Source: an uncultured delta proteobacterium
GTDB taxonomy: Bacteria > Desulfobacterota > Binatia > HRBIN30 > BPIQ01
Reading direction: 5' to 3'
DNA: 64,000 nt
Assembly (NCBI GenBank): GCA_963761335.1
Contig: CAVXGR010000025.1
Coordinates: 32,001-96,000, forward strand
The notes below the pieces were generated by a model. It did no database searches. It was given only the letters and a program-made list of their open reading frames with translations, and was not told the DNA's origin. Shown piece after piece: positions 8,962 to 20,568 of this stretch (within the stretch, counting starts at the first letter, position 1; each line of letters opens with the position of its first letter). Made by a program: the position numbers and the translations under genes.

Positions 8962-10365
8962 GTGCCGCACTACGATCTGATCGTTCTGGGCAGCGGTCCC
9001 GCCGGGCAGAAGGCCGCCATTCAGGCCGCCAAGCTGCGCCGGCAGGTCGCTATCGTCGAGCGCCGTGATCTCGGCGGCGTCTGCATCAACACCGGCACCA
9101 TCCCCAGCAAGACCCTGCGCGAGGCGGTGCTCTATCTCTGGGGCTACCGGCAGCGCACCTTCTACGGGAGCAGCTACCGGGTGAAGGAGGACATCGGCAT
9201 TCAGGACCTGCTGATGCGCGCCCACCACGTCACCCAGGTCGAGCACGACGTCATCCGCGACCAGATGACGCGCAACTTCGTGCACATGATCTCCGGGCTG
9301 GCGAGCTTCAAGGATGCGCACACGATTCGCGTCGAGCGGCTCGACGGCGCCGAGGAGCTGAGCGGCGACGTCATCATCGTGGCAACCGGGACGCTGCCGG
9401 CGCGGCCGCCATCGGTGGCCTTCGATCGCCGCTACATCATCGACTCCGACGGCCTGCTCGATCTGCCCTCGCTCCCCCGCTCCATGATCGTGGTTGGCGG
9501 CGGCGTCATCGGCGCCGAGTACGCCACCATTTTTGCGCAGGCCGGCGTGCGCGTCACTCTCATCGAGCGGCGGCCGACGATTCTCGACTTCGTCGACTCG
9601 GAGATTACCGAGATCCTCAAGTATCACATTCGACAAGCTGGCGTAACCTTGCGGTTCGGAGATGAAGTCGTTGCCGTCGACAAGCCGGAGGAGGCCGGCG
9701 GCATGGCCACTGCTCACCTCAAGAGCGGCAAGCGGGTCTCGGCCGAGACGCTGCTCTTCTCCGCCGGCAGACGCGGCGCCACTGACGGCCTCAACCTGCG
9801 GGGGGCGGGGGTGGAGACCGACAGTCGCGGCCGCATTCGCGCCGACGAGTTCTTTCGCACCGGGGTGCCGCACATCTACGCGGTCGGCGACGTCATCGGC
9901 TTCCCGAGCCTCGCCTCGACGTCGATGGAGCAGGGGCGCCTGGCCGCTTGCCACGCCTTCGGTGTGCCGGCGCCGCCGATGCCGAGCCGCTACCCGTTCG
10001 GCATCTACACCGTGCCGGAGATCTCGATGATCGGCGAGACCGAGGAGCAGCTCACCGAGAAAGCCGTTCCCTACGAGGTCGGGCGCGCTCGCTACCGGGA
10101 GATCGCCCGCGGCGCCATCATCGGCGACGAGGCGGGCATGGTGAAGCTTCTCTGCCACGCCGACTCCCGCAAGCTTCTCGGCGTGCACGCCATCGGCGAG
10201 GGCGCCACCGAGCTGATCCACATCGGCCAGGCGGTGCTGGCCTTCGACGGGCGACTCGATTACTTCGTCGAGAACGTCTTCAACTACCCGACCCTGGCGG
10301 AGTGCTACAAGGTGGCGGCTCTCGACGCCATGAACAAGCTCGGCGCCGCCATGCCGTCGCGCTAA
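8962..10365 (+). CDS. sthA: Soluble pyridine nucleotide transhydrogenase
   Basis: GSGPAG FAD motif, GGVCINTGTIPSKTLRE (CxxxxT, no disulfide pair), GGGVIG, C-terminal FNYPTLAECYKVAALD. Confidence 0.93.
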   Translation: MPHYDLIVLGSGPAGQKAAIQAAKLRRQVAIVERRDLGGVCINTGTIPSKTLREAVLYLWGYRQRTFYGSSYRVKEDIGIQDLLMRAHHVTQVEHDVIRDQMTRNFVHMISGLASFKDAHTIRVERLDGAEELSGDVIIVATGTLPARPPSVAFDRRYIIDSDGLLDLPSLPRSMIVVGGGVIGAEYATIFAQAGVRVTLIERRPTILDFVDSEITEILKYHIRQAGVTLRFGDEVVAVDKPEEAGGMATAHLKSGKRVSAETLLFSAGRRGATDGLNLRGAGVETDSRGRIRADEFFRTGVPHIYAVGDVIGFPSLASTSMEQGRLAACHAFGVPAPPMPSRYPFGIYTVPEISMIGETEEQLTEKAVPYEVGRARYREIARGAIIGDEAGMVKLLCHADSRKLLGVHAIGEGATELIHIGQAVLAFDGRLDYFVENVFNYPTLAECYKVAALDAMNKLGAAMPSR

Positions 10366-10431
10366 CCGGCGGCATTCGAAGATCGCGCCGGAGCCCCGGC
10401 CTTGGTTGCGGGCAGACGCCGCGGTGGCCGC

Positions 10432-12120
10432 TCACACCTCGAGCAGCGACTCGCGGCCGCGCGCCCGGAAGGCGCCGCGGAGCCGCTGGTACGCCGCCTC
10501 GTCGAGACGCCGATAGCCCGCGTCCGCCGCCGGGCGCCAGTAGATCGGATCCGCCACCAGCTCGAGGCGGAACTTCTCGCGGCGCAGCTCGCGCACCAGC
10601 GGCTTGTTGGTGGCGGTGCGCGGCAGATCGCGGGCGACGCGGACGTAGGTCGGGATCCACTTGGGCGAGATGTCGGGCTGCCCGCGCAGAAAACGCAGCA
10701 GCTCCTCGGCGTCGAAGGCGGCGTCGTCGGCGAGCACCAGGGTCGCCATCACCCGATCGCCCGCGTCCACATCGGGCACGCCGTAAACGCTGCAGAGGTA
10801 CACCTGTGGATGTCGTTGCAGGATGTCCTCGACGGGCTTCGCCAGGAAGTTCTCGCCGTCGACGCGGATCCAGCTGATGTCGCGCCCGGTGAAGTAGAGA
10901 AAGCCGCGCTCGTCGCGGTAGCCGAAGTCGCCGCTCCAGTACATACCGCCGCGGCAGCGCTCACGGCTCGCCTCCTCGTTCTTGTAGTAGCCCTCGAACT
11001 TGCCGACGCCCGCAGTGTTGACGATCTCGCCGATCGCCTCGTCGGGGTTGAGGATGCGGCGGCGCTCGTCCAGACGCGCCCGCGGGCACTCGACACTGCT
11101 GGCGTCGAGCACGCGCACGGCGTCGGGCGACAGGCCGACGCTGCCCACCGGGTCGTCGGGGCGGCGCACGAAGCCGAAGCCGCCCTCGCTGGCGCCGAAG
11201 CCGTCGATCACCTCGCAGCCGAAGCGCGCCGCGAACTCCGCCGTGATGCGCGGCGACCCCTCGTTGCCGTAGGCGACCCGCAAGGGGTTCTCTGCATCGT
11301 CCGTCCGCCGCGGCGTGGTGAGGATGTACGCCAAGGGCTTGCCGGTGTAGTTGAAGTAGGTCACCCCGTAGCGGCGCACGTCGGCGAGCCATTGGCTCTT
11401 CGAGAAGCGGCGGATCATGCCGAGGCGGGCGCCGCGCAGGAGCGCCGGCATGAAGCCGCACTGCTGGGAGTTGGCGTGGAAGAGGGGCATCGCCAGATAG
11501 CCGGTGTCGGCGCCGCTCACGCCCATGAGGCCGCCGACGTACTCGGCCGTCGAGCACATGCGCCGGTGCGAGATGATCACCGCCTTGGGCGCCCCGGTGG
11601 TGCCCGAGGTGAAGACCAGGCAGAGGGGATCGCCCTCGGCAAGCGGCCGCTGCGGATCCGCGTCGCGGCAACCGTCGAGAGCCGCCTCGAGCGAGACACC
11701 GAAGGGCACGGCGCCGCCCCAGCGCGTGGTTACCAGAAGCCGCTCCTCGGAGAACGGGAGCCGGGCGCGTATCGGCTCGAGAAGACCCAGGTGCGCCGGC
11801 TCGCTGAGCAGCAGCGCGCAGTCGCTGTGGGCGATGTCGCGGCGCAGATGCTCGCCGCGCTGCACGGGGTTGATGCCGACCACCACGGCGCCGGCGAGAG
11901 CCGCGCCGCCGATCGCCAGCAGGTACTCGGGAAGGTTGTCGAGCAGCACGCCGACGTGGAAGGGCGCCGATCGCGGACGTCGTTCGAGAAAGAGGCGCGC
12001 GTAGCGGCAGCTCTCGCGGTAGTACTCCGCGTGGCTCAGCTGGAAATCGTCGAAGAGAATGAAGGGCCGCTGGCGGTCGGCGCCGCCGCCGTTGCGGCGA
12101 ATGAGATCGGCGACGGTCAT
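10432..12120 (-). CDS. Acyl-CoA synthetase (FadD1/FadD17-like AMP-binding enzyme)
   Basis: FTSGTTGAPK, MPLFHAN, YGNEG, FGASEGG, SGDFGY, RVDGEN and PRTATNK adenylation motifs. Confidence 0.92.
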   Translation of the reverse strand: MTVADLIRRNGGGADRQRPFILFDDFQLSHAEYYRESCRYARLFLERRPRSAPFHVGVLLDNLPEYLLAIGGAALAGAVVVGINPVQRGEHLRRDIAHSDCALLLSEPAHLGLLEPIRARLPFSEERLLVTTRWGGAVPFGVSLEAALDGCRDADPQRPLAEGDPLCLVFTSGTTGAPKAVIISHRRMCSTAEYVGGLMGVSGADTGYLAMPLFHANSQQCGFMPALLRGARLGMIRRFSKSQWLADVRRYGVTYFNYTGKPLAYILTTPRRTDDAENPLRVAYGNEGSPRITAEFAARFGCEVIDGFGASEGGFGFVRRPDDPVGSVGLSPDAVRVLDASSVECPRARLDERRRILNPDEAIGEIVNTAGVGKFEGYYKNEEASRERCRGGMYWSGDFGYRDERGFLYFTGRDISWIRVDGENFLAKPVEDILQRHPQVYLCSVYGVPDVDAGDRVMATLVLADDAAFDAEELLRFLRGQPDISPKWIPTYVRVARDLPRTATNKPLVRELRREKFRLELVADPIYWRPAADAGYRRLDEAAYQRLRGAFRARGRESLLEV

Positions 12121-12122
12121 CC

Positions 12123-12149
12123 TCAATCACTTCTCAATCACTTGATTGA
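12123..12149. promoter_or_regulatory. Putative repressor operator TCAATCA-N2-TGATTGA plus an extra half-site
   Basis: Perfect 7-bp inverted repeat at 12134-12149 and a direct half-site copy at 12123-12129, in the 82-bp divergent intergenic region, overlapping TTGACT at 12146. Confidence 0.6.
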
Positions 12150-12202
12150 CTTCGCATACGCGGAAGTGCTAGCGCAAGTCAACTTTCGATCGGGAGGGAC
12201 GC

Positions 12203-13093
12203 ATGTTGTTGCAGGGAAAAGTCGCGGTGGTGACCGGTTCCGGCCGCGGCATCGGCCGGGGAATTGCCCTGGCGTTGGCGCGCGAAGGCGCGCGCCTGGT
12301 GATCAACGACGTCGGCTGCGACGTCAACGGCCGCGGCGGCGCCGAGGATCCGGCGGCACAGGTGGTCCGCGAGATCGAGACCATCGGCTCGCAGGCGGTT
12401 CCCAACTACGACTCCGTCTCCTCCTTCAGCGGCGCCGAGGCGATCATCCGCACGGCGACCGAGAAGTTCGGGCGCATCGACATCCTGGTGAACAATGCCG
12501 GGATCGTGCGCGACCGCTCCATCGCCAAGATGACCGAGGACGACTTCGACGCCGTCCTCGCCGTGCACCTCAAGGGAAGCTTCAACTGCGGTCGGCATGC
12601 CATCCCGATCATGCGCGAGCAGGGCTACGGCCGCATCATCAACATCACCTCGAGCGCCGGCCTGCGCGGAAACTTCGGACAGTCCAATTACGGCGCCGCC
12701 AAGGCCGGGATCATGGGTCTGACGCTGGTGTGGGCCATCGAGCTCGGCAAGTACGGCATCACCGTGAATGCCATGGCTCCATCGGGAATGACGCGCATGA
12801 CCGGCACCATCCCCGGCTTGGAGGGCAAGGAGCCGCCGCCGGAGATGAACGCCGAGCTGAACGGGCCGCTGATCGCCTTCCTGGGCTCGGAGCGAGCCGC
12901 GCACGTGAACGGACAGATCTTCGGGCGCCGCGGCTTCGGCTACACCATCTTTCAGCAGCCGCGGCCGATCGCCATGATGTACAAGCCGGGCGGGCTCAGC
13001 GCCGCCGAGGTGGCCGACAACTTCGACGCCGTGTTCGGCGAGCATCTGCAGACGATCGGTATCCCGCAGCTGCGCCGCGAAGAGAAGAAGTAG
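12203..13093 (+). CDS. SDR oxidoreductase (3-hydroxyacyl-CoA dehydrogenase / MFE-2-like)
   Basis: TGSGRGIG, NNAGIVRD and GNFGQSNYGAAK (YxxxK). Confidence 0.9.
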   Translation: MLLQGKVAVVTGSGRGIGRGIALALAREGARLVINDVGCDVNGRGGAEDPAAQVVREIETIGSQAVPNYDSVSSFSGAEAIIRTATEKFGRIDILVNNAGIVRDRSIAKMTEDDFDAVLAVHLKGSFNCGRHAIPIMREQGYGRIINITSSAGLRGNFGQSNYGAAKAGIMGLTLVWAIELGKYGITVNAMAPSGMTRMTGTIPGLEGKEPPPEMNAELNGPLIAFLGSERAAHVNGQIFGRRGFGYTIFQQPRPIAMMYKPGGLSAAEVADNFDAVFGEHLQTIGIPQLRREEKK

Positions 13094-13129
13094 CCAACCG
13101 GCAGCCGCCGGCTGCGCCTCGCCTCTCCC

Positions 13130-14974
13130 ATGCGGATCGCCGTCTGCATCAAGCACGTGCCCGTGGTCTGGGCGATGAAGTTCGACCCGGACTCGAAGAC
13201 GCTCAAGCGCGAGGGGGTGCCGGGAGAGATCAGCTCCTTCGACGTGCGCGCTCTGGGCAGAGCCGTGGAGCTGCGCCAGGCCCACGGCGGTTCGGTCACC
13301 GCCCTGACCATGGGACCACCGCCGGCGCGCAAGTCGCTGGAGACCTGCCTGGCCATGGGCGCCGATCGCGCCGTGCACCTCTGCGACCCGGTGTTCGCCG
13401 GCTCCGACACCCTGGCCACGGCCCGGGCGCTCGCCGCCGGGCTCCGGCACCTCGGCTTCGACCTCATCCTCTGCGGGCGCCACAGCGTCGATGCGGAGAC
13501 CGGGCAGGTGGGACCCGAGGTGGCGGAGCTGCTCGACATCGCGCAGGTGACCGCCGCTCGCCGCATCGAGGTGGACGCCGCCGCGAAGGTCCTGCGCATC
13601 GAGCGCGAGACCGACGACGGCTACGAGCTGGTGGAGGTCGCGACTCCGGTGCTGATCAGTGCCGCGGAGGATCTGGCCGAGGAGCCGGCGCCCACCAAGG
13701 AGGAGCGCGAGGCCGCCAAGCAGAAGCCGATCGAGACCATCACGGCGGCCGAGCTGGGAATCGATGCGGCGCAGGTCGGCCTCTCCGGGTCGCCGACCTG
13801 GGTGCAGGGCTTCGAGACCATCGCCAGCAAGCGCCTGGGGAGGACTCTCTCCGGCGAGTCGCTGGAAGCGGTCGTCGAGGAGCTGGTGGACAGGCTCCTC
13901 GAGCACGGCCTGTTCGGCAAATGGCAGGAGCCATCGCCGGCGGGGGCAGGGGACGCCGGGGCCGCTCCCGAAGCGGTGAGGCGCCGCGGGCCCAGCGACG
14001 TCTGGGTGGTCGCCGAGGTCGCCGGCCAGCGCCTTCGCCCGGTCACCCACGAGCTTGTCGGCAAGGGCGCCGAGCTGGCGCGGCGTCTCGGCTCGTCGCT
14101 GGACGTGGTCCTGGCGGGAGACGACGCTGGGCGCCACTGCGCGGCACTCGCCCACAGCGGCGCGCAACGCGTGCTGCTCGCCGAGCACCCACAGCTGGCG
14201 ACCTACGACACCGAGCGCTACGCGGCGCTGTTGAGCGACGCCATCCGCAGCCGCCAGCCGGGGATCGTGCTTCTGCCCTCGAACGGCTTCGGGCGCGACC
14301 TGGCGCCGCGGGTGGCGGCACGGCTGCAGATCGGGCTCACGGGGGACTGCCTCGACCTCGACCTCGATGCGGAGGGGCGCCTGGTGCAGCTTAAACCCGC
14401 CTTCGGTGGCAGCGTCGTTGCCCCCATCCTCTCGCGGACGCTGCCGGAGATGGCGACGGTGCGGCCCGGACTGCTCGATGCTCCGGTCCCCGACCCGACG
14501 CGTCGCGCCATGGTCGAACGCCTGGAGATTGTGGAGGGCGCTGCGCCGCGCGTGCGTCATCTCGGCCCGCGGGCGAGCGCCGCGCTGGCCAGCGACCTCG
14601 ACGAGGCCGAGATCGTCGTCGGCATCGGCATGGGGCTCGGCGCCGCCGAGGAGATTGCCGCGGTGGAGCCGCTGCGCGGCGCCCTCGGCGCGGCGCTGGC
14701 GGCGACGCGTGAGGTCACCGACGCCGGATGGTTGCCGAAGCACTCCCAGGTGGGCTTCACCGGCCGCTCCATCGCGCCGCGGCTCTACATCGCCGTCGGC
14801 ATTCGCGGCGCCGTCTACCACATGGTCGGTTTGCGGCGCGCCGGCATCATCGTCGCCATCAACAACGACCCCAAGGCGGCGGTGTTCAAGAATGCCGACT
14901 ACGGCATCGTCGGCGACTACCGCGAGGTCCTCCCCCTGCTGGTGCGCCGGCTGGAGGCGGCAAAGGCGCGGTAG
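13130..14974 (+). CDS. Fused electron transfer flavoprotein beta-alpha subunit
   Basis: N-half EtfB (IAVCIKHVP, GSDTLATA, DAETGQVGP) and C-half EtfA (GLTGDC, PAFGG, QVGFTG, YIAVGIRG, AINNDP, ADYGIVGD) in one 614-aa ORF. Confidence 0.92.
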   Translation: MRIAVCIKHVPVVWAMKFDPDSKTLKREGVPGEISSFDVRALGRAVELRQAHGGSVTALTMGPPPARKSLETCLAMGADRAVHLCDPVFAGSDTLATARALAAGLRHLGFDLILCGRHSVDAETGQVGPEVAELLDIAQVTAARRIEVDAAAKVLRIERETDDGYELVEVATPVLISAAEDLAEEPAPTKEEREAAKQKPIETITAAELGIDAAQVGLSGSPTWVQGFETIASKRLGRTLSGESLEAVVEELVDRLLEHGLFGKWQEPSPAGAGDAGAAPEAVRRRGPSDVWVVAEVAGQRLRPVTHELVGKGAELARRLGSSLDVVLAGDDAGRHCAALAHSGAQRVLLAEHPQLATYDTERYAALLSDAIRSRQPGIVLLPSNGFGRDLAPRVAARLQIGLTGDCLDLDLDAEGRLVQLKPAFGGSVVAPILSRTLPEMATVRPGLLDAPVPDPTRRAMVERLEIVEGAAPRVRHLGPRASAALASDLDEAEIVVGIGMGLGAAEEIAAVEPLRGALGAALAATREVTDAGWLPKHSQVGFTGRSIAPRLYIAVGIRGAVYHMVGLRRAGIIVAINNDPKAAVFKNADYGIVGDYREVLPLLVRRLEAAKAR

Positions 14975-15105
14975 GACAGAAGAGAATGTAAAATGGAGAA
15001 CCGGTGACCGGTGATGGAGAACCGGCGATCGGCGGCCGAACCCGTTGTCCGGTTCTGAATCACCGGTCACCGGTTCTCCATTTTACATTCTCTTCCTTAT
15101 CTGTC
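14975..15105. repeat. Long hairpin element with perfect 37-bp inverted repeat and 7-nt periodicity
   Basis: 14979-15015 is the exact reverse complement of 15059-15095. Additional inner AGAACCGG/CCGGTTCT and outer GACAGA/TCTGTC pairing. Confidence 0.9.
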
Positions 15106-15154
15106 GGGCGTGCTTCCTCTATGCTGGAGGCATTCCGCAGCGAAGGAGGGCTTC

Positions 15155-17230
<2,076 letters not shown>

Positions 17231-17300
17231 GCCTTCAATTGCCGCTGCCGGCGGGGGATAATGGCAATCGTGCAGCACCAGCCGAGAAGAAGAGAAGAGG

Positions 17301-18689
17301 ATGGCGACCGCCAAGTTGATTGAGTCGATCAACCCCGCAAACGAGGAAGTTCTCGCCCGCTTCGAGGCCACGCCGCCCGAGGAGGTCGAGCGGGCGCTGC
17401 AGCAGGCAGACGATGCCTTTCGCTCGTACCGGACCACGAGCTTCGGATACCGCGCCGAGCTCATGCGCGGCGTGGCGCGCTATCTGCGCGAGCACGCGCC
17501 GCGCCTCGCCGGGCTGATGACCGCGGAGATGGGCAAGCCGATCGTCGAGGCCGAGGCGGAGGTCGAGAAATGCGCCTGGACCTGCGACTACTTCGCCGAG
17601 CACGGCGAGGACTTCCTCGCCGCCGAGCCGCATCCGTCGAGCGCCAGCGAGAGCTACGTGGAGTTTGCACCGCTCGGCTGTGTGCTGGCGATCATGCCGT
17701 GGAACTTCCCCTTCTGGCAGCTGATGCGCTTCGCGGCGCCGGGGCTGATGGCGGGAAATACGGCTATTCTCAAGCATGCGTCCAACGTCCCGCAGTGCGC
17801 TCTGGCGATCGAGGAGATCTTCCGCGAGTGCGAATATCCGCCCGGCGTGTTCCGAACCCTTCTGCTCTCCGGATCCGCGGCGACCCGCCTGCTCGCCGAC
17901 CGCCGCATTGCCGCGGTGACGCTCACCGGCAGCGACGCCGCCGGGGCCGCGGTCGCCGAGGCCGCCGGTCGCGAGCTCAAGAAGGCCGTCCTCGAGCTGG
18001 GCGGCTCCGATCCATTCATCGTTCTCGAGGACGCCGACCTCGAGGCGGCAGTGCAGACGGGGGTGCGCGCCCGCTTCCAGAATACCGGCCAGAGCTGCAT
18101 CGCCGCCAAGCGTTTCATTGTCGTCGATGCCGTCTTCGAAGAGTACCAGGACCGTTTCGCCGCGGCGGCGCAGGCGCTTCGCCTCGGCAATCCCGCCGAG
18201 CGCACGGTTCAGGTCGGACCGCTGGCGCGCGGCGACCTGCGCGACGATCTCGAGGATCAGGTGACGCGCTCGGTCGGCGCCGGCGCCCGTCTGCTCACCG
18301 GGGGCAGGCGTCGCCCGGGAAAGGGTTACTTCTTCGATCCCACCGTGCTCGCCGAGGTGCCGCGCCAAGCGGCCGCGGCGCGGGAGGAGGTGTTCGGTCC
18401 GGTGGCGGCGTTGATGCGGGTGCGAGACGCCGCCGAAGCAGTCGAGGTCGCCAACGACTCACCCTTCGGCCTGGGAGCGAGTCTGTGGAGCGCCGACCTG
18501 AGCCGCGCCAAGCGGCTGGCGCCGCAGATCGAGACGGGACAAGTGTTCATCAACGGCATGGTTGCATCTGACGCGCGGCTGCCATTCGGAGGTGTGAAGA
18601 GATCGGGCTACGGCCGCGAGCTCTCGGAGTTCGGCATTCGCGAGTTCGTCAACATACAGACGGTGTGGATCGGGCCGAAGGTCTCCTGA
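17301..18689 (+). CDS. NAD(P)-dependent succinate-semialdehyde dehydrogenase (GabD1/Sad-like)
   Basis: [42 protein letters not shown] and [14 protein letters not shown]. Confidence 0.88.
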   Translation: MATAKLIESINPANEEVLARFEATPPEEVERALQQADDAFRSYRTTSFGYRAELMRGVARYLREHAPRLAGLMTAEMGKPIVEAEAEVEKCAWTCDYFAEHGEDFLAAEPHPSSASESYVEFAPLGCVLAIMPWNFPFWQLMRFAAPGLMAGNTAILKHASNVPQCALAIEEIFRECEYPPGVFRTLLLSGSAATRLLADRRIAAVTLTGSDAAGAAVAEAAGRELKKAVLELGGSDPFIVLEDADLEAAVQTGVRARFQNTGQSCIAAKRFIVVDAVFEEYQDRFAAAAQALRLGNPAERTVQVGPLARGDLRDDLEDQVTRSVGAGARLLTGGRRRPGKGYFFDPTVLAEVPRQAAAAREEVFGPVAALMRVRDAAEAVEVANDSPFGLGASLWSADLSRAKRLAPQIETGQVFINGMVASDARLPFGGVKRSGYGRELSEFGIREFVNIQTVWIGPKVS

Positions 18690-18727
18690 AGAGACTCCTC
18701 GGAGAAGCACACCGCGTGGGAGGCCCC

Positions 18728-19159
18728 ATGAAGGTACCAATCGAAATCACCTATCTCGAGATGAAGCGAAGCGACAACATCGATGGGCTGGTGCGCCGGC
18801 AGGCGGCCAAGCTGGAGAAGTTCTGCAACCACATCTCCAGCTGCCGCGTCGCCATCTCCAAGCCGCATGTGCGCCAGCGGGCCGGGAATCGCTACCGGGT
18901 ACGGCTCGACGTCACCGTGCCGCCGAGTCACGAGCTCGCCGTCGTCGAAGGCGATACCAAGGACTACATGCACGACGACCTGCGCACCGTCGTCCGCCGC
19001 AGCTTTCGGGCGATGCGGCGCCAAGTGCAGGAGCTGGCGGAACGGCAGCGAAAGGAAGTGAAGAGGCACGGGGAGCCGACGGAGGGGCGCCCAAGGCGGG
19101 CGGGCGATCTTACATCGCCATTGGAAAGTCCTGCCCCGGCGGCGGAAGCTTCTTCCTGA
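18728..19159 (+). CDS. HPF/RaiA-family ribosome-associated protein
   Basis: PIEITY...KLEKFCNHISSCRV...YRVRLDVTVPP.HEL motif of S30AE-like proteins. GGGAGG RBS. Confidence 0.75.
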   Translation: MKVPIEITYLEMKRSDNIDGLVRRQAAKLEKFCNHISSCRVAISKPHVRQRAGNRYRVRLDVTVPPSHELAVVEGDTKDYMHDDLRTVVRRSFRAMRRQVQELAERQRKEVKRHGEPTEGRPRRAGDLTSPLESPAPAAEASS

Positions 19160-19296
19160 GCGCCGCCGTCCCTGGGGATTTGCGCGTCCTGGTACCATCC
19201 TTGCCTCACCGGCAGACGAGGCTCATCTGTCTGGCGAACGTCTGCTGCTCCGCTTCCCGAGGCCCCCGAAGAGGCGTCCGCCGAAAGGAGGTCCTG

Positions 19297-19692
19297 ATGT
19301 TCTTCTGGGACATCGTCATCGCCTTCGTGGTGTCGCTGCTGATGACCGCGATCTTCAGCGTCGGCTTCGGCCGGCGCGGCCCGTGGGCCAGCGTGCCGCT
19401 GTTCCTCTTCATCATCTTTCTCGCGGCGTGGGCAGCGGGCGTATGGCTGCAGCCCACGGGCGTGGTGCTCTGGGGCACCTACTGGCTGCCGTTCCTGGTC
19501 GTCGGACTGATCATGGCGCTGCTCTTGGCGCTGGCGGCCCCGGCGCCACCTGGCCGGCTCGAGCACCAGCCGCCGCCGCAGGTGCCCGCCTCCGGGTCGG
19601 AGGACGTTGCCCTCGCCGTCGAAGCGTTCCTGTGGGTGTTCTTCGCAATCCTGGTTTCCGCCATCGTCATCCACTACCTGTTCGCTTACTGA
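19297..19692 (+). CDS. Hypothetical membrane protein (about 4 TM)
   Basis: AAGGAGG RBS, hydrophobic helices and GC3-biased codons. Confidence 0.7.
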   Translation: MFFWDIVIAFVVSLLMTAIFSVGFGRRGPWASVPLFLFIIFLAAWAAGVWLQPTGVVLWGTYWLPFLVVGLIMALLLALAAPAPPGRLEHQPPPQVPASGSEDVALAVEAFLWVFFAILVSAIVIHYLFAY

Positions 19693-19737
19693 GGCGGCGG
19701 CGGTCGCCTCTGGCGCCGCGCCGCGGATTCGGCGAAG

Positions 19738-20568
19738 ATGGACGCGATGGACGTGCGCCGGCGGGTCCCTCGCGCCCTCGAACATCTCGAGGAGATTGCC
19801 CAGCAGCGGCGAAACCGACGTCTGGCGGTCTTCCTCGACTACGACGGTACGTTGACGCCGATCGTCGATCGCCCCGAGCTCGCGGTTCTGTCCGCCGAGA
19901 TGAGAGACACGCTGAGTCGTCTGGCGCGGGTCTGCACGGTGGCCGTGGTCAGCGGCAGGGACCGCGCCGACGTGGAGAGACTCGTGGGCCTCGATTCGAT
20001 CTACTACGCCGGCAGTCACGGCTTCGACATCGGCGGTCCCTCGGGTCGCGAGATTCAGTACCAGCCGGGGCAGCAGTTCACCGGCCCATTGCGCCGCGCC
20101 GAGTCGGAGCTGCGCGCCCGGCTTGGGCCGATCCCGGGTGTGCTGGTTGAGGGAAAACGCTACGCCGTGGCCGTGCACTTCCGTCTGGTGGCCCCGCGGG
20201 AGGTGCCCGGCGTGCAGGAGGCGTTCGAAGAGGTGGCCGGTGCCCATCCCGAGCTGCGCCAGACCGGAGGCAAGATGGTCCTCGAGCTGCGCCCGAAGCT
20301 CGACTGGGACAAGGGCAAGGCCATGCTGTGGCTGCTCGAGACCCTCGAGCTTCGGGGCGATACCACCTTGGCGCTGTACATCGGCGATGACGAGACCGAC
20401 GAGGACGCCTTCGGCGCCATCGAGCCGGTGGGGATCGGCATCTTGGTCGCCGAGGAGGACGACCGTCCTACGGCGGCGCGCTACCGCCTGGGAACTCCCG
20501 GGGACGTGCGGGTGTTTCTCGGCCATCTGATCGAGGGTGTCGCCGGAGGCGCCAAGGGGAGGAGGTGA
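19738..20568 (+). CDS. otsB: Trehalose-6-phosphate phosphatase
   Basis: FLDYDGTLTPIV, VSGR, YAGSHG, WDKGKA and GDDETDEDAF HAD motifs. Confidence 0.92.
   Translation: MDAMDVRRRVPRALEHLEEIAQQRRNRRLAVFLDYDGTLTPIVDRPELAVLSAEMRDTLSRLARVCTVAVVSGRDRADVERLVGLDSIYYAGSHGFDIGGPSGREIQYQPGQQFTGPLRRAESELRARLGPIPGVLVEGKRYAVAVHFRLVAPREVPGVQEAFEEVAGAHPELRQTGGKMVLELRPKLDWDKGKAMLWLLETLELRGDTTLALYIGDDETDEDAFGAIEPVGIGILVAEEDDRPTAARYRLGTPGDVRVFLGHLIEGVAGGAKGRR

Noticed and set aside
7142..8980. Repetitive ORFs across the 84-bp array
   Set aside because: Units vary in length and shift frame, and ORFs appear on both strands. They are by-products of a GC-rich repeat.
8962..10365. Dihydrolipoamide dehydrogenase
   Set aside because: Lacks the CxxxxC disulfide and the HPTxxE motif, having CINTGT and NYPT instead.
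10402..15070. 1330-aa (+) and 963-aa (-) ORFs
   Set aside because: Shadow or alternate frames over clearly identified ligase, SDR and ETF genes.
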